Assembly (NCBI GenBank): GCA_001768615.1
Contig: MELE01000078.1
Span: 1-58,390, forward strand
Direction: 5' to 3'
Origin: Acidobacteria bacterium RIFCSPLOWO2_12_FULL_67_14b
Lineage (GTDB): Bacteria; Acidobacteriota; Vicinamibacteria; Vicinamibacterales; UBA2999
Length of the DNA: 58,390 nucleotides
A model generated the notes under the pieces. It made no database searches. It worked only from the letters and a program-made list of their open reading frames with translations, and was not told the DNA's origin. Shown here in pieces: positions 1-9,112 of the stretch (the first letter of the stretch is position 1; the number at the start of each line of letters is the position of its first letter). The position numbers were made by a program, and so were the translations under genes.

Positions 1-150
1 CGCCGTCCCGGCCACGCCCGCCATGTTCAGCGTGGTGCTCGAGACCGTGAACGAACACGTGGCGGCGGGCGGAGTGGGAGAGGAGGGCGACCCGGAACAC
101 GCCGCCGTCACCATGGGAACTATCAATCCGAACAGCCAGAGTCGACGCAC
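1..150 (-). CDS. Lipoprotein N-terminus, possibly BACON/Ig-like domain (runs off window start)
   Basis: Not in ORF track. GTG at 150 preceded by GGAGG; reads MRRLWLFGLIVPMVTAAC-SGSPSSPTPPAATCSFTVSSTTLN (signal peptide, lipobox-like TAAC, Pro/Ser linker). Confidence 0.65.
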   Translation of the reverse strand, partial: MRRLWLFGLIVPMVTAACSGSPSSPTPPAATCSFTVSSTTLNMAGVAGTA

Positions 151-169
151 ATGCCCTCCAAGGATCCAA

Positions 170-1165
170 CTACAGGATCAAGCGGACGCGAATGGAGCCG
201 ACGGTTTCGCCGCGGGTGTTCAGGATGGCGGGATGGGCGTAGCGCGCGAGGGCATCGAACTGCTGGAAGGTGATGACGTCCAACAGGCGCAGCGCCGCCA
301 GCAGCGCCGGCTCGGAGGCCCGTCCCGATCCATCCTCGACCTTGAGGGCCAGTCCCATCCGTCGCGAGGGGATGCCCACCGCGTAGAAGCCCTCGGCGCC
401 GACCTTGGCGAACAGCCGGCCCTGCGCGGTCCGCATCAGATCCGTGTCGAGGCGGCCGGTGCCGGCGACGTATTCGGGATGCGCCGTCATCGCCGCGAAG
501 ATGCGCGCGGGCGCCGGCGTCCGGTCGGCGGCGGCCGCGGCAAAGCGCGCGCAGCCCTCGGCGACGGCATCCAGCGGCAGCGCGAACGTCGGCAGGCCGC
601 AGCCGTCGATGGCCTGGTCGATGTCGTTCGCCTCCACGCCCATCCATCGTGCCACCGTGCTGAGGATGCGCTGCTGCGCCGGGTGCGCGGCGCGGTGGTA
701 GCCGCTCGTCACCCATCCCTGTTGGACCGTGAACGCCAGCATGCCGGCGTGCTTGCCCGAGCAATTGTTGTGGATGCGGGTGGGCGCCCGGCCCTCGGCG
801 CGCAGCGCCTCGGCGGACGGCGCATGCATCGGCGGATGCGGCCCGCAGGCCAGCGCCTCCTCGGTCACCTTCGCCTTGGCCAGCATCGATCGCACGGCGT
901 CCACGTGGAACGGCTCGGCGCCGTGCGACGCCGTGCACAAAGCCAGCTCCTCGGTCGTGAAGGCGAAGCGCTCGACGCCGCCCGCTTCCACGAAGGGCAG
1001 GACCTGGAACATCTTGATCGCCGATCGCACGAAGCTGTGATGGGCGGGGTTGCCGGCGCTCGACACCAGGCCCTTGCCGGCCTCGACCACGGCAATGTGC
1101 ACGCGGTGCGTGGATTCGACGGTGTCACCGCGCAGCACTTCGACGACGCACGAGCCGGTCTTCAA
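170..1165 (-). CDS. L-asparaginase II (Rhizobium AnsA-type)
   Basis: Motifs RSAIKMFQ, CTASHGAE, HNNCSGKHAGM, DGCGLP, AKVGAEG, KVEDG. Confidence 0.9.
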   Translation of the reverse strand: MKTGSCVVEVLRGDTVESTHRVHIAVVEAGKGLVSSAGNPAHHSFVRSAIKMFQVLPFVEAGGVERFAFTTEELALCTASHGAEPFHVDAVRSMLAKAKVTEEALACGPHPPMHAPSAEALRAEGRAPTRIHNNCSGKHAGMLAFTVQQGWVTSGYHRAAHPAQQRILSTVARWMGVEANDIDQAIDGCGLPTFALPLDAVAEGCARFAAAAADRTPAPARIFAAMTAHPEYVAGTGRLDTDLMRTAQGRLFAKVGAEGFYAVGIPSRRMGLALKVEDGSGRASEPALLAALRLLDVITFQQFDALARYAHPAILNTRGETVGSIRVRLIL

Positions 1166-1186
1166 GTCCTCAAGCCCTCAAGTCCT
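1161..1186. repeat. 8-bp tandem repeat (TCAAGTCC/TCAAGCCC x3) at gene junction
   Basis: ttcaagtcctcaagccctcaagtcct seen directly. Confidence 0.6.
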
Positions 1187-1771
1187 TCACTGACGGACCT
1201 TCCCGTCGGCCTTGTACAAGTAAAGCGTGCGCTGCCGGCCGCCGACGTCCGTAAAGGAGTCCACCTTTTCCGGTTGCCAGTCGCCCATGCTGAAGGTGTG
1301 GGCGACAATGCGCGCGCCGGACTTGAGCTGGCGGGTCAGGATCGGCCGGAGCCTGAGGTTCGAGGCCGACAGCAGATACAAGGTGACGACGTTGGCGCTC
1401 GAGACGTCGGTGGTCATCGCATCCTGAAGGCGGAAGGTCACGAGATGTTCGACTTTGGCGGCTTTCGCGTTGGCGTTGGCTTCGGCAATCCGCTGCGGGT
1501 CGATGTCGACGCCCAGGCCACGGGCGCCGTATTTCTGCGCGGCCGTGACCACGATGCGGCCGTCGCCGCACCCCAGATCGACCACCAGCTCGCCCTTCTT
1601 GACGTCGGCCAGGGCCAGCATCCGGTCCACGACATCCTGCGGGGTGGGCACGTAGGGGGCCAACTGGGGGGCGTCCGGACGTCTTTGGGGCGGGGCGACC
1701 TGGGCCGGAATTGCCGGCAGGCTCACCAAAAACGTCAGCGCCAGTGCCAGTCGGATCATGACGGCCAGCAT
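1187..1771 (-). CDS. Class I SAM-dependent methyltransferase with N-terminal signal peptide
   Basis: PYVPTP, VVDLGCGDGRI, GVDID, VVTLYL; hydrophobic leader ending AIPA-Q. Confidence 0.85.
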   Translation of the reverse strand: MLAVMIRLALALTFLVSLPAIPAQVAPPQRRPDAPQLAPYVPTPQDVVDRMLALADVKKGELVVDLGCGDGRIVVTAAQKYGARGLGVDIDPQRIAEANANAKAAKVEHLVTFRLQDAMTTDVSSANVVTLYLLSASNLRLRPILTRQLKSGARIVAHTFSMGDWQPEKVDSFTDVGGRQRTLYLYKADGKVRQ

Positions 1772-1892
1772 ATCAAGGCTTCGAAAGCCGATCGAAAACC
1801 GGTCCTAACCGCGTGCCGAATCAGGGGTTACTTCGAGGGCGGGGCGGAGCCGGCAAAATTCACCAAAATGCCCGATTTTCGGGGCATTTCCG

Positions 1893-1921
1893 TTGATTTT
1901 GGGCCCGCGCTGGGCTATACT
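1893..1921 (+). promoter_or_regulatory. sigma70-type promoter for carD
   Basis: TTGATT (1893-1898), 17 nt spacer, TATACT (1916-1921). Confidence 0.65.
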
Positions 1922-1982
1922 GTGAGGACTCTGTCAGTGCACTCCGGCCTGCCATACCTACCTATCTCGAAACGAGGGGCAC

Positions 1983-2591
1983 GTGGGATTTAAGATCGGC
2001 GACAAGGTCATTTACCCGAACCATGGGCTCGGTGTCGTTGAGAAGGTCGAAGAAAAGACCATTCTCGGAACGACCTGCGGATTCTTCCACCTGAGGATTC
2101 TGTCGAACGAGACCACAGTTCTGGTACCTGTCGCAAATGTAGACAATGTCGGCCTCCGCCGGGCGATTACCGACGAAGAGGTCGAGCGCCTGTTCCTGCT
2201 GCTGGGCGACGGCAAGATCGACAACCACCAGAACTGGAAGGGGCGCTTCAAGGACAACTCCGACAAGATGCGCACCGGCTCCATTTACGACATGGCCGAT
2301 GTGCTCAAGAGCCTGACGTTCCTGGCCAAGTCGAAGAGCCTGTCGTTCCGCGAAAAGCGCATGCTCGACCGCGCCAAGGCGCTGATCGTTTCCGAGATTT
2401 CGGAAGTGATGCAGACCACCGTGGCCGACATCGAGGACCGGGTGAACAAGGCCCTCGAGCGCTGCTTCATGATGAAGGCTCGCTCCGCGCAGCGCGCGGC
2501 CACGCGCGCCACCAAGGCGGCGCCGGCCAAGGCCGCAGCCCGCGTGACGGCTGCTGCCGCCGCGCCTCGCCGGCAGGCTCGCGCGTCCTAG
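1983..2591 (+). CDS. carD: CarD/CdnL family RNA polymerase-binding transcription factor
   Basis: FKIGDKVIYPNHGLGVV, NWKGRFKDN, LSFREKRMLDRAK; basic Ala/Lys/Arg tail. Confidence 0.92.
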   Translation: MGFKIGDKVIYPNHGLGVVEKVEEKTILGTTCGFFHLRILSNETTVLVPVANVDNVGLRRAITDEEVERLFLLLGDGKIDNHQNWKGRFKDNSDKMRTGSIYDMADVLKSLTFLAKSKSLSFREKRMLDRAKALIVSEISEVMQTTVADIEDRVNKALERCFMMKARSAQRAATRATKAAPAKAAARVTAAAAAPRRQARAS

Positions 2592-2633
2592 GTTAAGACG
2601 CCGGGTTCATTTTCCTGTGGGTAGCAGGGGAAA

Positions 2634-3359
2634 ATGAACCCGGCGTCCTTCATTGCCGCCGTCAGGTCCGTACTGACCTACCTCGTCGTTTCCCTTTACG
2701 TCCTCGTCGTCGGCCCCATCGGGCTGCTGGTCGCCATTCCCTTCAAGATGAAGGGCACGCTGTACGAGCTGGGCCACTTTGGGGTCGGGCTGGCGCTGGG
2801 CATGGCCGGCATCCGCTATACGGTGACCGGCCGCGAGCACATTCCCGCCGGCCAGGCAGTGGTGTTCTGCTCGAATCACGAAAGCAACGTCGACCCGCCC
2901 GTGCTGTTTCAGGCCCTGCATCGGCGGTTGCACATCCTGTTCAAGGCCGAGCTGACCAAGCTGCCGATTCTCGGCAAGGTGATGCTGGCCGGCGACTTCG
3001 TGTCGGTCGAGCGCGAGCGGCGCGAGGCGTCGATGGTGTCGGTCGACCGCGCCGCCGAGTCGATCCGCTCCGGCAACTCGTTCCTGATCTTCCCGGAAGG
3101 CACGCGCAGCCGCACCCTGGAGCTCTTGCCATTCAAGAAAGGCGGCTTCATCATGGCCATCAAGGCGGGGGCGCCGATCGTGCCGGTGGCGATTTCCGGC
3201 GGCCGCGATGCCATGCGGAAGGGGAGCTGGTTCGTGCGGCCGGTGCTGTGCCGGATTCGCATCGGCGAGCCGCTGGAGACGGCGGGGATGAGCGTGGACG
3301 ATCGCGATCGGGTGATCGAGATCGTGCGCGCGAGAATCGAACACCTGTTGACGACATAA
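2634..3359 (+). CDS. plsC: 1-acyl-sn-glycerol-3-phosphate acyltransferase
   Basis: NHESNVD (NHxxxxD), FPEGTRS, PFKKGGF, PIVPVAI. Confidence 0.9.
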   Translation: MNPASFIAAVRSVLTYLVVSLYVLVVGPIGLLVAIPFKMKGTLYELGHFGVGLALGMAGIRYTVTGREHIPAGQAVVFCSNHESNVDPPVLFQALHRRLHILFKAELTKLPILGKVMLAGDFVSVERERREASMVSVDRAAESIRSGNSFLIFPEGTRSRTLELLPFKKGGFIMAIKAGAPIVPVAISGGRDAMRKGSWFVRPVLCRIRIGEPLETAGMSVDDRDRVIEIVRARIEHLLTT

Positions 3360-3371
3360 GGGGACGACCCC

Positions 3372-3959
3372 GTGGAAGTGCTCGTCACGCTTGGACGCAC
3401 GCTCGGATTCTCGCTGGCCGCCGGCGTGAACCTGTACGCCACGGTGGCGGTGCTCGGCCTGGCCTCGCGCTACGGGTGGGTCCAGTTGCCCGAGCAGTTC
3501 GGGGTCTTCGACCATCCCTGGATCATCGGCCTCGCCGGCGTGCTCTACCTTGTCGAGTTCGTGGCCGACAAGATCCCATGGGTCGATTCGATCTGGGATT
3601 CGGTGCACACGATCATTCGCCCCGTGGGCGGCGCGCTGATTGCCGTGGCGGCGCTCGGCGACGCGTCGCCGCTGGTGGTCGGCCTGATCGCCCTGCTGGG
3701 CGGCACGGCCGCCGCCGGCAGCCACATGACGAAGGCGGGGACGCGCGTGGCCATCAACACGAGCCCCGAGCCGTTCACCAACTGGTTCATCAGCCTGGTC
3801 GAGGACGTGTTCGTGATCGGGCTGAGCCTGTTCACGCTGAAGTTCCCGCTGCTCGCGCTGGTTGTGAGCGTGGCGATCGTGGTGATGATGCTGTGGATCG
3901 CGCGCAAGATCTGGCGGTGGCTGCGGCCGTCGCCGGCCGCCGATCCCCGGGTGATGTAA
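3372..3959 (+). CDS. DUF4126 family membrane protein
   Basis: AAGVNLYATV, EFVADKIPWVDSIWDSVHT, NTSPEPFTN...SLVED. Confidence 0.85.
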   Translation: MEVLVTLGRTLGFSLAAGVNLYATVAVLGLASRYGWVQLPEQFGVFDHPWIIGLAGVLYLVEFVADKIPWVDSIWDSVHTIIRPVGGALIAVAALGDASPLVVGLIALLGGTAAAGSHMTKAGTRVAINTSPEPFTNWFISLVEDVFVIGLSLFTLKFPLLALVVSVAIVVMMLWIARKIWRWLRPSPAADPRVM

Positions 3960-3988
3960 GCGCGCCCGTCCTGAAATACAGCCGCAGA

Positions 3989-4219
3989 TTACGCCGATTC
4001 GAGGCGCGCGCGTAGGCGCGCGAGGAGCTCGGCCGGGATCTCGACGGCCTTCATGACGCCATCGGCATCGCGGCGGACGCAGGCGGCCGTGACCGTGCCG
4101 GTCCCGATGGTCGTCTCGCCGCACACGACCGTGTAGCGGAAAAAGTTGGAGAAATGGACCATGCCGGCGGCGTCGGTCTCGGCGAACTGGACCCGGCGGG
4201 CGTAGCGGAACGGGGCTAT
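3989..4219 (-). pseudogene. Internally deleted 4HBT/YbgC-type acyl-CoA thioesterase
   Basis: Reads IAPFRYARRVQFAETDAAGMVHFSNFFRY-TVVCGETTIGTGTVTAACVRRDADGVMKAVEIPAELLARL. The N-terminal catalytic motif joins directly to the C-terminal strands; 76 aa versus roughly 130 typical. The start position is ATA overlapping the upstream TAG. Confidence 0.7.
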
Positions 4220-5517
4220 GGCCGGCGCCCCTCGGGCAGCGTCAGCTCGTTGGTCTTGTGCAGGGCCGCGTCGGGCACCATGCCCTCGCGCCAGGACTGC
4301 AGGCGCTGCTTGCCCGGCGGATAGAGCGACTCCATCGGCGTCCAGACCTTGTCCACCTTGTCGGTAAAGAGGTCGCCGATCAGCAGGTCGGTGACGGTGT
4401 TGCGCAGTTCGGGGTAGTTGCGGACGAAGTTGCCGAAGCTGAAGCCGTCGTAGTACTCGCAGACCAGCCGGCGCATGCGATCGACGCCGTTATTGAAGAC
4501 CTCGCCCCAGCGTCCGAGCTGGGCGCCGCTGGTGTCGCCCTTCGCCAGGCCGTCGATAATCGCGTCGGCGGCCAGCTCGCCCGACTTCAGCGCCAGCAGC
4601 ACGCCGGACGAATACAGCGGATCGAGGAAGCCGAACGCGTCACCGACGAGCACCCAGCCGTTGCCGGCGACCTCGGTCGATCGATAGGAGTAGTCCCGCG
4701 TCGCGAAGTATCCGGTCACGCGCCTCGCGTTCCTGACCCGTTCCTTCACCGCCGGCGTCTTGTCGACTTCTTCCTGGTAGGTCAGCTCGTGGTTGCCCTT
4801 GCGGCCCTTGAACAGGTAATCGAACGGCGCCACCACGCCGAGGCTGACGATGTTGTCGTGGAGGGGGATGTTCCAGAACCAGCCGTCCCTGCCCGGCGTC
4901 TGGATGACCATGGTCGCGCCCTCGTCGCGGCCGGTGTCGCGGTAGGCGCCTTCCCAGTAGGTCCAGATCGCGCCCTTGTTCAGCACCGGATCCCACAAGC
5001 GCAGCTTCATGCGGTTCATCAGCAGCGCGGCCTGTCCGCTGGCGTCGACCACGACCTTCGCGCGGATCTCCTTGCGGACGCCGTCCTGCTTGATCGCCAC
5101 GCCGGTGGCGCGGTCGCCCTCGAACAGCACTTCGATGACGTGCACGCCGTCCTGCGCCTCGACGCCGTGCTCGCGCGCGTTGTCGAGCATCAGCTGGTCG
5201 AACTCGCTGCGGACGACCTGCCAGGTCTGCGAGCACTCGTGGGGCTTGTTGTCCCAGAAGTAGAACGGCGCCGACAGCTTGCCGTTCGCGTTGACGAACT
5301 GCACGCTGTACTTCTTGACGAAGCGGCTCCGCTGCATCTTCTCGAGCATGTCGAGCCGCTTGAGGACCCAGTAGGTTTCGGGGATCAGCGACTCGCCGAT
5401 GTGGAAACGCGGGAACTTCTCGCGCTCGAAGAGGGCGACCGTGAGCCCGGCCTGCGCGAGGATGGTCGACGTGGTGGACCCGGCCGGTCCGCCACCGATG
5501 ACAACGACATCAAGCAT
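4216..5517 (-). CDS. Flavin-dependent halogenase-like FAD oxidoreductase
   Basis: GGGPAG, FPRFHIGESL, FVKK (conserved Lys region), WFWNIP (WxWxIP), GDAFGFLDPLYSSGV. Start placed at MLDVVVIGG (5517). Confidence 0.8.
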   Translation of the reverse strand: MLDVVVIGGGPAGSTTSTILAQAGLTVALFEREKFPRFHIGESLIPETYWVLKRLDMLEKMQRSRFVKKYSVQFVNANGKLSAPFYFWDNKPHECSQTWQVVRSEFDQLMLDNAREHGVEAQDGVHVIEVLFEGDRATGVAIKQDGVRKEIRAKVVVDASGQAALLMNRMKLRLWDPVLNKGAIWTYWEGAYRDTGRDEGATMVIQTPGRDGWFWNIPLHDNIVSLGVVAPFDYLFKGRKGNHELTYQEEVDKTPAVKERVRNARRVTGYFATRDYSYRSTEVAGNGWVLVGDAFGFLDPLYSSGVLLALKSGELAADAIIDGLAKGDTSGAQLGRWGEVFNNGVDRMRRLVCEYYDGFSFGNFVRNYPELRNTVTDLLIGDLFTDKVDKVWTPMESLYPPGKQRLQSWREGMVPDAALHKTNELTLPEGRRP

Positions 5518-5626
5518 TCTAGTGGAGCGTATCAACGATTTCTCAAGTACCGGGCAAGGTCTCTCGGCCAGCGTTTTCGGGCCGTTCCTACGGAACGGTC
5601 CCATGCGAAATCGAACGTACACGCCA

Positions 5627-6982
5627 CTAGGTATACCGAATGCTGGCGTGTCCCGGCAGGAAGAAACGGGGCAGCAGGACATCCACGCGCAAGAGCCCTT
5701 CCCGCGTGAGGGCGATGCGATCGACGCTGCGTTCGGCCAGATAGCCGTCGGCGTGCAGCGACTCGATCGCGCAGGCGAAGCGGTCCAGCACGTCGACGCC
5801 GTACTTCTGCGCGAAGTAGGCCGGGCGGTTGGCGCCGCGCTTCAACTGCAGCACGAACTCGCGGATCAGCCGTTCCTCGCCGGTCGGACGGTAGGCGCGG
5901 CCGAGCGGGATCTCGCCGCGATTGATGGCGTCCTCGTACTTCGGCCACGTGTCGAGGTTCTGCATGTGCACGCCGTTGACGTGCCCGAACGACGCCACGC
6001 CGAGGCCGAGCAGGTCGGCGCCCTCCCACAGCCGATCGCGATACACGAACTTCGTGGTCCCGGGGTTCTTCACCGCGGTGTAGGCGCTGCCGACGTGATA
6101 CCCGGCGCGCTCGAGCGCGGCGAACGCCTCCTTCACCCACCGGCGCTTGGTCGTCCAGTCCGCGACCGGCTCGCTGAACTGGCCGCCCTGCTTCAGCAGG
6201 TCGCCGCTGATCGTCGTGTTGTAGGGCAGCTCCATCTGGTAGATGGTCACGCTGTCGGGGTCGAGCGCGAGTGTGCGCGCGAGGCACTGCTGCCAGTTGG
6301 CGTCGGTTTCGCCGAGCATGCCGGCGATCAGGTCGATGTTGATCTGCGGAAAGCCGAGCGCGCGCGCCTGCTCGTAGGCGCGGCCAATCTCGGGGGAGCG
6401 GTGCGCGCGGCCGTTGATCTCGAGGATGCGATCGTCGAAGTTCTCGACGCCGAGGCTGAGGCGCGTCACGCCCAGCTCGCGGATCGCCGCGAGCTTCGCC
6501 TCGGTGAGCGTGCCCGGCTCGCACTCGAAGGTGATCTCTTCGGCGCGGTCCCAGGCGCCGCCGGCATTCAACCGGCCGACAAGGCCCTGCAGCTGCTTCG
6601 TCGACAGGAACGACGGCGTGCCGCCGCCGAAATAGACGAAGTTGAAGGAGCGGCCCGCGACCGCCGGCTTCTTCGCATACAGCTCCCACTCGCGCGCGAG
6701 CAGGTCAAGGTAGTTCTCGACCTCGCGCGCGTTCTTGTCGGTGTAGACGCGGAAGTAGCAGAAGTGGCAGCGCTTCCGGCAGAACGGGATGTGAAGGTAC
6801 AGGCCAAGGGCCCGTTCGACTCGCGTTCGCGGGTCTTCGACCCCCGAACGCTCGCTCAGGGCTGGGCCCGCATCGGTGGCGACGGCGGCGGCGTTCCAGA
6901 CTGAAAACGGGGGGTAATTGGCGATGAAATAGCTGCCGACGTCCGTCTGTTCGACGGTGGCGTCTCCCCGCACACCAGACAT
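5627..6982 (-). CDS. HemN-like (class C) radical SAM enzyme
   Basis: LYLHIPFCRKRCHFCYF (CxxxCxxC), YFGGGTPS, RLSLGV, NIDLIAG, LGLGVASFG. Confidence 0.9.
   Translation of the reverse strand: MSGVRGDATVEQTDVGSYFIANYPPFSVWNAAAVATDAGPALSERSGVEDPRTRVERALGLYLHIPFCRKRCHFCYFRVYTDKNAREVENYLDLLAREWELYAKKPAVAGRSFNFVYFGGGTPSFLSTKQLQGLVGRLNAGGAWDRAEEITFECEPGTLTEAKLAAIRELGVTRLSLGVENFDDRILEINGRAHRSPEIGRAYEQARALGFPQINIDLIAGMLGETDANWQQCLARTLALDPDSVTIYQMELPYNTTISGDLLKQGGQFSEPVADWTTKRRWVKEAFAALERAGYHVGSAYTAVKNPGTTKFVYRDRLWEGADLLGLGVASFGHVNGVHMQNLDTWPKYEDAINRGEIPLGRAYRPTGEERLIREFVLQLKRGANRPAYFAQKYGVDVLDRFACAIESLHADGYLAERSVDRIALTREGLLRVDVLLPRFFLPGHASIRYT
6811..6866. repeat. Palindromic REP-like element (CCC-TTCGACTCG...CTCGCTCAGGG family) inside the HemN-like CDS
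   Basis: Shares ends with the intergenic copy at 43715-43747; internal hairpin cgttcgcgggtc-ttc-gacccccgaacg. Confidence 0.6.
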
Positions 6983-7048
6983 GTCTCTTCACTATACGTC
7001 GAACGCTGCCAATGGTTTACCGTCGGTCAAGACGCGGTAAGCTGTGGC

Positions 7049-9112
7049 ATGCGGATGCGGCTGACCGTACTCGGGTTGGTGGCGGCGACGTTGACCCTCG
7101 GGGCCCAGCCGACCGAACAGGAGCGGCCCCGCTTCCGATCGGGCGCCAACCTCGTGCGCGTCGATGCGTATGTGTCGAAAGACGGCGTCGCCCTCGAAGA
7201 CCTGCGCGCCGACGACATCGAGGTCTACGAAGACGACAAGCTGCAGAAGATCGAAGCCGTCGAGCTAGTCAAAGCGCGGGGCCCGATCCCGCAGTCGGAA
7301 CGGATCAATCCGACGACCGTGCGGGACATGCGCCAGGATGCGGCCGATGCGGCGCGGCTCTTCACGCTGTTCGTCGATCGCTTTCACGTGAGCGTGGCCG
7401 GCTCGTTTCATGCCAACAAACCGATCATCGCCACGCTCGACCGGGTGATCGGCCAGGACGACATGGTCGGCGTGATGACGCCCGAGATGTCGGCGAGCAG
7501 CATCACCTACAGTCGCCGCACCTCGAACATCGAGCGCTACCTCACCGATTCGTGGGCCTGGGGGATCAAGGACCAGGTCGCCCAGTTCAGTCCGCAAGAG
7601 CAGTCGATCATGCAGTGCTATCCGCAGGGCGAGTACGGCTATATCGCCGATCAGATGATCGCGCGGCTGCGCGAACAGCAGACGCTCGACGCGCTGGACG
7701 GGTTGGTGACGCACCTCGAGGGCCTGCGCCCCGAGCGCAAGTTCGTGATGGTGTTCACCGAGGGGTGGCCGCTGTACCAGCGCGACGAGCGCCTCGCGCG
7801 GCCGCTGAACGACCGGGTGCCCGGACAGGATCCCTTGCGCGTGGATCCGATCAGCGGCCGCATCGCGGGTCCCGGCGCTCCGGACACGGCGCGCGGCATC
7901 GCGACGACCTACGACAGCTGCGAGCGGCTGCGCGCGATGCTGGCGGCGGTCGACCACCAGACGGAGTTCCGCACGCTGCTGCAGCGCGCCAATCGCGCCA
8001 ACGTCAGCTTCTACCCGATCGATGCGCGCGGCCTGATCGTGTTCGATCAACCGACGCGCTTCGACCTGCCGCCGTCGGTCGATCGCGCGTGGCTGCGCAA
8101 GCGCCACGAGGACCTGCACACGATGGCGCTCCAAACCGACGGCGTGGCCATCCTCGACGCCACCAACGACATCGCCGGCGCCATGAGGCGCATCCTCGCC
8201 GACCTCGGGTCCTATTACCTCCTGAGCTACTACTCGTCCAACACGCGCCTCGATGGCCGCTTCCGGCGGATCAGGGTGGAGGTCAAGCGCCCCGATGTCG
8301 AGGTGCGGGCGAGGCCAGGTTACCTGGCACCGACAGAGGAGGAGGCCCGCGGCGCCGGCGTGACGCCCGAGCGGCCGGCCTCGAGCCGGCCGGCGCCGCC
8401 GCCCACGGTGACGCGGGCGCTGGACGCCATTACGCCGGGTCGCGGCAACCTGCCAGTCCGCATCCAGGCCTCCGGCGCGCGCTCGTCGATCCGCGCCGTG
8501 GTCGAACTCGACGCCGCCACGATCAAGCTGCCGGAGTGGATCTCGGGCGGAACCCTTCGGCTGACGATCGATCCCGAACGCGGCACGAGCGCGGCGACGC
8601 AGACCGTGACCGCGGCCATCGAGCCCGGGCAGCGCAGCATCCCGATCGCCGGGACCGACGCGCCGCTGCCGCCGGGCCGCTACTCCGTACGTGCGGAGCT
8701 CACGCCCAAGGCGGGCCGCCTGCCGATCCAGGTGACGACCTTCGCCACCGTCCCCGCCGCGGCCGCCGAGGTGGGCACCGGCGCGCTGGCGCTGCGCCGC
8801 GGCCCGAGCACCGGCCTGGCGTACGTGGCCACCGCCGATCCGCGCTTCCGCCGGACTGAACGGCTTCGCGTGGAAGTGCCGTTGATGGCGGAGGGCTACA
8901 CGGGCTCGGCGCGCCTGCTGACGCGAGAGGGCCAACCACTGGCGCTCGCCGCCACGTACTCGACGCGGGTGGACGAGGCGAAGGCACAGACCCTGGCGGT
9001 CGGCGACGTGACGCTGGCGCCGCTGGCCACGGGCGAGTACGTGTTCGAAGTGTCGCTGGTCAAGGACGGCAAGACCGAGGTCGTGACCTACGGCCTCCGC
9101 ATCATCCCGTGA
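7049..9112 (+). CDS. Acidobacterial VWA domain-containing exported protein (paralog 1)
   Basis: Signal peptide; FRSGANLVRVDAYV, RANVSFYPIDARGL, YYLLSYYSSNTRLDGRFRRIRV, VRARPGY. Confidence 0.85.
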   Translation: MRMRLTVLGLVAATLTLGAQPTEQERPRFRSGANLVRVDAYVSKDGVALEDLRADDIEVYEDDKLQKIEAVELVKARGPIPQSERINPTTVRDMRQDAADAARLFTLFVDRFHVSVAGSFHANKPIIATLDRVIGQDDMVGVMTPEMSASSITYSRRTSNIERYLTDSWAWGIKDQVAQFSPQEQSIMQCYPQGEYGYIADQMIARLREQQTLDALDGLVTHLEGLRPERKFVMVFTEGWPLYQRDERLARPLNDRVPGQDPLRVDPISGRIAGPGAPDTARGIATTYDSCERLRAMLAAVDHQTEFRTLLQRANRANVSFYPIDARGLIVFDQPTRFDLPPSVDRAWLRKRHEDLHTMALQTDGVAILDATNDIAGAMRRILADLGSYYLLSYYSSNTRLDGRFRRIRVEVKRPDVEVRARPGYLAPTEEEARGAGVTPERPASSRPAPPPTVTRALDAITPGRGNLPVRIQASGARSSIRAVVELDAATIKLPEWISGGTLRLTIDPERGTSAATQTVTAAIEPGQRSIPIAGTDAPLPPGRYSVRAELTPKAGRLPIQVTTFATVPAAAAEVGTGALALRRGPSTGLAYVATADPRFRRTERLRVEVPLMAEGYTGSARLLTREGQPLALAATYSTRVDEAKAQTLAVGDVTLAPLATGEYVFEVSLVKDGKTEVVTYGLRIIP

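Noticed and set aside
23-1993. 656 aa plus-strand ORF, and similar long antisense ORFs (29381-32548, 37985-40729, 40964-43792, 7265-9121)
   Set aside because: These are shadow frames of well-supported opposite-strand genes, expected in high-GC DNA; they show no recognisable motifs.
5518-5626. Hairpin (5580-5602) and a short ORF between the radical SAM and halogenase-like genes as a riboswitch or precursor peptide
   Set aside because: No recognisable riboswitch consensus and no support for translation of the short ORF.
5627-6982. Calling this gene hemN (heme biosynthesis)
   Set aside because: The family is functionally diverse and the context is not heme-related, so no gene symbol was assigned.
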